In this document: piece after piece, positions 14,524 to 20,000 of the stretch
How positions within the stretch are numbered: position 1 is the stretch's first letter
Layout of the letters: the number at the start of each line of letters is the position of its first letter
Virus record (IMG/VR): IMGVR_UViG_3300035698_008855
Direction: 5' to 3' (one strand)
DNA length: 20,000 nt
From: an uncultured virus (IMG/VR IMGVR_UViG_3300035698_008855)
Taxonomy: Duplodnaviria; Heunggongvirae; Uroviricota; Caudoviricetes
Made by a program: the position numbers and the translations under genes
The notes under the pieces: model-generated
Seen by the model: only the letters and a program-made list of their open reading frames with translations
Database searches by the model: none
Told to the model about the DNA's origin: nothing

Positions 14524-17500
14524 TACGCCATACGAATACGGACAACAACAAACCAGCGCAGGTGGGAGCTATGGCAACACCATAATTCCTTTCGCTGGGG
14601 TGCTGCAAAGTCCCATGGCCGCACAATTCATGAAGCCTGTTATGGACATGTTGAACAAGTCCACCGGAAACATCTACAAGTTTCCGTTTGCGGGACCGTT
14701 CAGCCCCATGGCGGAGATTGAACGCCAAGAGATGGATAGCGTTCAGTCCCGCATCCGTAACCAAATGTTGCAAGGGTACGACATGCAGCGCGTCGCGCAT
14801 GTCTGGACACAACTGTCCGGCAAGCGTGAAGCTGGTCGTGTAGCCGCAGGCGTCTACGGCGGAGATATCGCAATACCTCCCCAGGCTCGTCCATGGATTC
14901 AAGCAGCCAAGACGCTCAACCCCAAAGCCTTTGACGCATTCTTCCTTGGTGGGCAGACGTCAGCGCAGTCGATGGCGCGACAGGTCTATCAGATGCAAAG
15001 TATGCGCGGTCCTATGGGAAGCGTACCTGACTCCGAGGATGTAGTTGATATCACGAGAGGTATCCTTGACGACTGGTACCCGGGTGGGATGAACGCGTCT
15101 CCGTTTAAGAACCTACGCAGCGACGAGGTTGCAAGTCTTGCCACAGGTCTCGGCCGCATGGGTGTCCTCCCTAGCGCGATGACACAGACGGAGGCGGAAC
15201 GAGAAGCTCGCAGACAGCTTGGTGAACGTAAACTCTCGAGCATGTCCGCAACAGATCAAGAGAAGCTCACCTCTCAGCATAGCCGTACTCGTGGGCCTAA
15301 AGAGTCTCGCGATCTTGCAGCCATTGAGGCAGGCAAGGATCCGTTCGATAGTCTTGACGAGAACGAACGTGGCGCCGTACTTGGCCGGGTTCGTACCGAC
15401 AGAGTTCTTCGTCGTGTTGCACAGTATGCTGAAGTCGTCGATAACCTCAAAGACGTGTTTGGCCCCGGCGCACCTATTGATAAGCTGATCCAGTCGTTAA
15501 ACACACTTACAGGTGGTGCGGCGGCGGGGATGGACCCGGCACAGCTGCATACGTTCACCTCGCGTATTAAGCACATGTCACAGATGGGTGGTATCTCTGG
15601 AGCGGAGATGCAGCAGGCCGCTTTGATGGGACAGCAGCGCGGACAGATGCTTGGCGTGCCTTATCGACCGATGGGCGCAATGATTGGTATGAATGCTCGC
15701 TACATGCAAGAGGTCTACGAGCGTGGCCCCCGTGGCAATGCGGGTTGGCGTGGGCCTAGTGGCTCAGAGTTTAGGCAGATGGAGGAGAGGGCTGGATTTT
15801 CTGCGGCTAACTCCCCAGTAGTGACCGCTATTGGCTTGACCAGTTACATGAACAAGAAGTACCTGCCAGGCGGTAAAGCCACTAACGATGAGCAGGCATA
15901 CATGCAGGGTTGGCTGCGAGACATGCAGTCCGACGATGAGGATCGCATACGAAAAGGCATGCACGAGGTTGAAGGCCGAAACTTCTGGCCGAAGATGGCG
16001 CGGGCGCTAGGCGGCAGAGATAATTTTGAAATGTTGCGTGACAACAAACTCAAGGTCCTCAAGTATGCTGAGGACGCTAACGCCGTCACAATCGCGCAGT
16101 CTATGCAAGGTATCGAGGCAGTAGATAGCGCGGCATCAGGTCTGAGATCATCTGTTCAAAGCCTACCGGCTTTTAGGCGCGCTGCTGGCGTCACCACGGA
16201 TATGCAGACCGACGAAGCTAAAGTTAAGATGAACGCGTACTGGTCTAAAATCAGTATCAACAACCCTGAGATTTACAACCTAGGAGATACCGCAGCTGCA
16301 ACACGTGCTCTCATTGCCCGGGACGCAACTTTAGGCAGAGATAACATAGAACGTGTACAGCTCTTAGGTGAGCGAGAGTACGGCAGCGACGACACGCAGA
16401 AGATCAAGAACCGCGAAGCCGTCACTACGTACATTCGAGGGAATCGCAAAGACATCGACGAAGACGCGCTGAAGCAAGAAGTGATCACTGAACTAGGCGG
16501 CCGCGCGATAGACCAAGAGGGGAGAGTGCTTGCACTTGGAATTCAAAGCAAGCTGGAGGGTAGTGTAGGTACGAAGCGAGCCGCAGTACTCACAACCATG
16601 AACAAAGAAGGGTCTATGCTGCTTCGCCATGTAAGCGAACAGCAGAACATCGAGGCTCGCAGTGTACTTGAGGGTTTCCTCAAAGACGCCATACCAGCGT
16701 CAACAGACAGACGCAATATTATCGAGAAGGCTTTCGATCTGCTTGGGGCGCCGAGCAGTAAGTCACTTGGTGATGCGCTTACAAACGCTATCCTTCCTGG
16801 AGCTACCAGGGATGACAAATACACGAAGGAACTCGCAGAGCTGGATAAGCGTGCGCTTGCAGCTAGAGGCCCAGAGAACCGCGAAAAACGGCGCGGGCTA
16901 ATAGCAAATATCGTTGATCTTGAAGAGGACATTGGTCCCAACATAGGCCGCACATTTGAAGAAGGTATTGTGCGAGCGCAGGGGATGGAAGAATCACAGC
17001 GTAACGCCCTCATGTCAACCATGGAACAGTTTTCCAGAAGGCACCCTGTACTCAAGGGACAGTTTATTGACGCACGTGAACGGCTTATCGGCGAAACTCC
17101 TGAGGCGAAGAACGCCAGAGAAGTTGTGCTGATGCGCGTGAACGAAAAGGATCGCATAAAGGCGACGCAGGTAAGCACAGCCACAGAAGCAGCGCAGATG
17201 GCGGGTATCGAGGCTGCACAGCTTCGCTTTGCGGAGGTCACCAAGCGCGCGAGAGATCTCCATGGCGTTGAGCAGGACATCGCCGAAGCAACGCGTAAAG
17301 GAGACGGTAAACGAGTTACTGCGCTTCAAAAGAAGCATCGGGGCCTCTCTGAGGAGATGGCTGAGTTCTCACCAGTTGTCATTGCGGAGAAGGCCCGCGT
17401 CAAGAAGTTGAGGGCTGAGGGCGACACTGAGGAAGCGAATCTAGCCCAAATGAGCGTTGACAACATGCTTGACGACATGGGTGGCTACACAGCGCAACAG

Positions 17501-18553
17501 CACATCAAGTTCTCTAAGGACGATGTTGAGGCTGAACTTGGGCGTATTCCCGTTGTTTCAGGCGTAATGACGGCCGAAGAGGCAGCTAAGATGACGCCGG
17601 AACAGTTACGCGCTGCTGGTATCCAGAGTGTCGAACAGCGTGTCTTCCGTCATACCCGTCGTGGTGGAACATCCGAAAAGGCCGCTGCGGTGGCCATCTC
17701 AGCGCGTGATATGTACAACAAGGACCTTTTTGAGTCTATGGCGGACTACAACAAGCTCCAAGACGACATCACAACGCGGGAGGATATTGGCAAAGAGGTC
17801 ACAGCTGAGGAGTACAAGAAGCGAGATATCGCGGTATCTCGTATGCGTCGTGCCGTCAGCAGCTCAAAAACGTTCCTCGGAATGGTATCGCGTACACGTG
17901 CGGATAATCTCACGCCCGCCCAACGTGAGGCAGAACTTAAGACGATGAACCGCGCTATCAAGAAGTATGATCTGACGAAACCCAAGACTCCAATGATCAA
18001 AAGGCTCGTTGAAGGCGCAGCGGACGTCATAACGGGTCTTCAAGGCGATAAGGGCGACTCTGGGGCGGTACCCGGGTCTGATGGCGCTGACGGGGCTCCT
18101 GGAGGGGCTCCTGGGCCTGCTGACGCGATAAAAGCGAGCCTTCTGGCTACCAGGGCAGGAGTCAACCATCTTCAGGCGATCGTTTACAACACGTCGAAAA
18201 TAGCTGAGGCGCTAGGTAATAAAGGAAAAAACATCGACAAGGTCGTCGAAGACGTGAATGCTGATGCGTTACAGCCTATTACAAGAGTAGTTGAAAATGA
18301 TACAATTCGCTCGCAGAGCCCAGCGTATGACGATCAACGATATCTTGAGGAAAGTTTTCCGGAAGATAGTAGACGGGCCGGTGCTACATCGAAAGAGGCG
18401 TTAATGCCGACTACCGGAGATGCCACCGTGCCGGTTACAATGAAAGATAAGCTCGACGAAATTGCCATGCACGCGCGCGATACGAGTGACGCGTTACTAA
18501 CCATCTCTCGTGGCGTCAAGAAGACCGGCCCGAACCGATACGTCTTTGGATAA
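14516..18553 (+). CDS. Probable tail tape measure protein
   Basis: Longest ORF (1345 aa), rich in A/E/R/Q/M/G and predicted largely helical. Located after the chaperone pair and before the baseplate genes. Confidence 0.75.
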   Translation: MPNTPYEYGQQQTSAGGSYGNTIIPFAGVLQSPMAAQFMKPVMDMLNKSTGNIYKFPFAGPFSPMAEIERQEMDSVQSRIRNQMLQGYDMQRVAHVWTQLSGKREAGRVAAGVYGGDIAIPPQARPWIQAAKTLNPKAFDAFFLGGQTSAQSMARQVYQMQSMRGPMGSVPDSEDVVDITRGILDDWYPGGMNASPFKNLRSDEVASLATGLGRMGVLPSAMTQTEAEREARRQLGERKLSSMSATDQEKLTSQHSRTRGPKESRDLAAIEAGKDPFDSLDENERGAVLGRVRTDRVLRRVAQYAEVVDNLKDVFGPGAPIDKLIQSLNTLTGGAAAGMDPAQLHTFTSRIKHMSQMGGISGAEMQQAALMGQQRGQMLGVPYRPMGAMIGMNARYMQEVYERGPRGNAGWRGPSGSEFRQMEERAGFSAANSPVVTAIGLTSYMNKKYLPGGKATNDEQAYMQGWLRDMQSDDEDRIRKGMHEVEGRNFWPKMARALGGRDNFEMLRDNKLKVLKYAEDANAVTIAQSMQGIEAVDSAASGLRSSVQSLPAFRRAAGVTTDMQTDEAKVKMNAYWSKISINNPEIYNLGDTAAATRALIARDATLGRDNIERVQLLGEREYGSDDTQKIKNREAVTTYIRGNRKDIDEDALKQEVITELGGRAIDQEGRVLALGIQSKLEGSVGTKRAAVLTTMNKEGSMLLRHVSEQQNIEARSVLEGFLKDAIPASTDRRNIIEKAFDLLGAPSSKSLGDALTNAILPGATRDDKYTKELAELDKRALAARGPENREKRRGLIANIVDLEEDIGPNIGRTFEEGIVRAQGMEESQRNALMSTMEQFSRRHPVLKGQFIDARERLIGETPEAKNAREVVLMRVNEKDRIKATQVSTATEAAQMAGIEAAQLRFAEVTKRARDLHGVEQDIAEATRKGDGKRVTALQKKHRGLSEEMAEFSPVVIAEKARVKKLRAEGDTEEANLAQMSVDNMLDDMGGYTAQQHIKFSKDDVEAELGRIPVVSGVMTAEEAAKMTPEQLRAAGIQSVEQRVFRHTRRGGTSEKAAAVAISARDMYNKDLFESMADYNKLQDDITTREDIGKEVTAEEYKKRDIAVSRMRRAVSSSKTFLGMVSRTRADNLTPAQREAELKTMNRAIKKYDLTKPKTPMIKRLVEGAADVITGLQGDKGDSGAVPGSDGADGAPGGAPGPADAIKASLLATRAGVNHLQAIVYNTSKIAEALGNKGKNIDKVVEDVNADALQPITRVVENDTIRSQSPAYDDQRYLEESFPEDSRRAGATSKEALMPTTGDATVPVTMKDKLDEIAMHARDTSDALLTISRGVKKTGPNRYVFG

Positions 18554-18558
18554 CAATC

Positions 18559-19044
18559 ATGTCTAGCATCTTTCTATCTTCGCCCGGTAAGGTCGCTGTT
18601 CTCACCAGCGATGCTAGCGCTCCAGCTAAAGTTGAAATGACATCCGGTAAGGATAACGGCGACGTGTTGTTTGCCGGAAACGTTATTATCACAGACATAG
18701 GGTACAGCCAGGCCACGAAGCAACAGTTCATGGCGTCATTAAATGACGTGATCTACGTTTACATCTTTGGCGACCAGATGGGATCCGTTGTACTCAGCGG
18801 CATCGCTTTCTCACAAAGATGTGGTGTAACTCAATCCCCTGGACAGGGCTTGAAAAACGTAATGGACTACTACAATAAGTACCGGCTGTCCCAAACAAAC
18901 GGTACTGTCAGCGTTACTATTGGCGAGCAAACGATGGCCGGATTCATGACAGAGCTGAGCGTACAGGCGCTGTCAAGCGACGTACAGTTTCACCTCAATA
19001 GATTTCGTTTCACGATTAATACGCTTCCGGGATCTTCCCAATGA
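18559..19044 (+). CDS. Tube-like baseplate / tail tube initiator protein
   Basis: 161 aa directly after the tape measure. YSQATKQQFMASLNDVIYVYIFGDQMGSVVLSGI aligns loosely by eye with the tube protein's YQQQVSRIWEIGSNKQYFVGGRAQGNLQLGTV. Confidence 0.65.
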   Translation: MSSIFLSSPGKVAVLTSDASAPAKVEMTSGKDNGDVLFAGNVIITDIGYSQATKQQFMASLNDVIYVYIFGDQMGSVVLSGIAFSQRCGVTQSPGQGLKNVMDYYNKYRLSQTNGTVSVTIGEQTMAGFMTELSVQALSSDVQFHLNRFRFTINTLPGSSQ

Positions 19045-19838
19045 TCAACCACGTACGAACAGTATTGTTGAACCAAGAAGGAAGCGAGAGGCCGTCTGCG
19101 AGCTTTTACGGTGAGGAGTGTGTACCATCTAACTTCAACACCGTAGAGCTTACGCTAGAGCTCAGCAACGTGTGGTCAGCGCTGTTTGGGTCGAATCCAG
19201 ACAACTACTTCTTGAACTTCCGTCTGTGGCAATACATGCGTGTGTTGCATTCAACGGAGTTTGTCCATTACGTAACCGACGTAGACCCGAGAATTACGTA
19301 CGACCTTGATAAGTCACTGGTGGACTACAGCTATGGTATCCAGTCGTCCAGGCTGTTCACCGGTGGTACGTCACAGATGTACCACGCTGGCGAGCCCGGT
19401 AGGGAATACGCTGACGGCCGGATGTACTTCCGGTGGATGGTTGATACGCTCCCGGCGCAACGTGTGCGCGTACTCGACACCTACGGCGCCATCACCAGAG
19501 AGACAGATGTGACGTGGTCCGGCGGTCAGAGCGGCCTGTTCCCCCTTCACGGCCACGGGGATAACTTCTTTGGATACATCCTCGCCGATCCGTCTGAAGT
19601 GTGGTCCCAAGGTAAGCAGTGGCTTGTCGAGTCTACACTCTTCCCGCAGATGCCTTTGCCGGACGTGGTAACGAACCTCACAAACGTAGAGTCGTCCGTT
19701 GACGGCATGTTCAGCGCATCAGACGAGCCGTACAAGACATTCGGAGAGCTGTGGAACTATCACTCGCTGCTTACGTACAGGCTATCAGGTGTGCTGCTAG
19801 CGCTTGCATACCGCATGGAGGCCCTGCGAGTTGGCTGA
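19041..19838 (+). CDS. Hypothetical protein, probably a baseplate or virion component
   Basis: 265 aa, coupled to the upstream gene by ATGA, within the baseplate region. No family recognised. Confidence 0.6.
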   Translation: MINHVRTVLLNQEGSERPSASFYGEECVPSNFNTVELTLELSNVWSALFGSNPDNYFLNFRLWQYMRVLHSTEFVHYVTDVDPRITYDLDKSLVDYSYGIQSSRLFTGGTSQMYHAGEPGREYADGRMYFRWMVDTLPAQRVRVLDTYGAITRETDVTWSGGQSGLFPLHGHGDNFFGYILADPSEVWSQGKQWLVESTLFPQMPLPDVVTNLTNVESSVDGMFSASDEPYKTFGELWNYHSLLTYRLSGVLLALAYRMEALRVG

Positions 19839-20000
19839 GGACACGAAAAAATACTACTGGTCTAAGATCAATATGTGGGCCGAGATCGGCGTTGGTAACG
19901 TGCGCGTGATTGACCTCTCGGGTGTAGAGATCCATTATGCACTCGATGGAATTCCCACAGCAACGATGCGCCTCGCGGTAGGGCGTACAGCGGATGGTAC
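19831..20000 (+). CDS. 5' part of a probable baseplate hub (gp27/VgrG-N-like) protein, partial
   Basis: Not in the supplied ORF track. GGAGG at 19817-19821, TTG start at 19831, open to the window end: MAEDTKKYYWSKINMWAEIGVGNVRVIDLSGVEIHYALDGIPTATMRLAVGRTADG. The IPTATMRL segment resembles hub-protein N-termini. Confidence 0.55.
   Translation, partial: MAEDTKKYYWSKINMWAEIGVGNVRVIDLSGVEIHYALDGIPTATMRLAVGRTADG

Noticed and set aside
120..19735. Numerous minus-strand and nested ORFs (e.g. 5307-6083, 16543-17280, 13009-13569, 4527-5063)
   Set aside because: They overlap coherent + strand genes that have RBSs and coupled junctions, and show no recognisable motifs. They are shadow ORFs of GC-rich coding DNA.
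7034..20000. Interpretation as eCIS, tailocin or T6SS
   Set aside because: Head-tail adaptor and head-closure-like genes precede the tail genes, and no T6SS membrane complex or eCIS ATPase is visible. Capsid genes are not in the window, so this is disfavoured rather than excluded.
1..20000. Stop-codon reassignment, as in some large phages
   Set aside because: Coding density is near complete in the standard code, and TAA, TAG and TGA each end genes at sensible boundaries.

Overview
All credible genes lie on the + strand, tightly packed and often translationally coupled, with AGGAG-type ribosome-binding sites and the standard genetic code. The window is best read as the virion morphogenesis region of a large, divergent contractile-tailed (myovirus-like) phage or prophage. 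Positions 1-4007 hold Ig-like, lipoprotein, secreted and membrane-anchored proteins and a holin-like gene. Positions 4094-20000 hold neck/head-completion proteins, a probable tail terminator, a 936-aa tail sheath, a tail tube, an 887-aa spike-like protein, a tail-assembly-chaperone gene pair, a 1345-aa tape measure, a tube-like baseplate protein and the start of a probable baseplate hub. The best sequence-level observations are: (1) a probable -1 ribosomal frameshift at G_GAT_TTT joining the chaperone ORFs; (2) poly-serine tracts in several virion proteins; (3) structured intergenic hairpins, two with mutually exclusive pairings; (4) a cluster of exported proteins next to the holin; and (5) a low-GC patch inside the spike gene. 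All product calls come from motif recognition and gene order, not from database searches.
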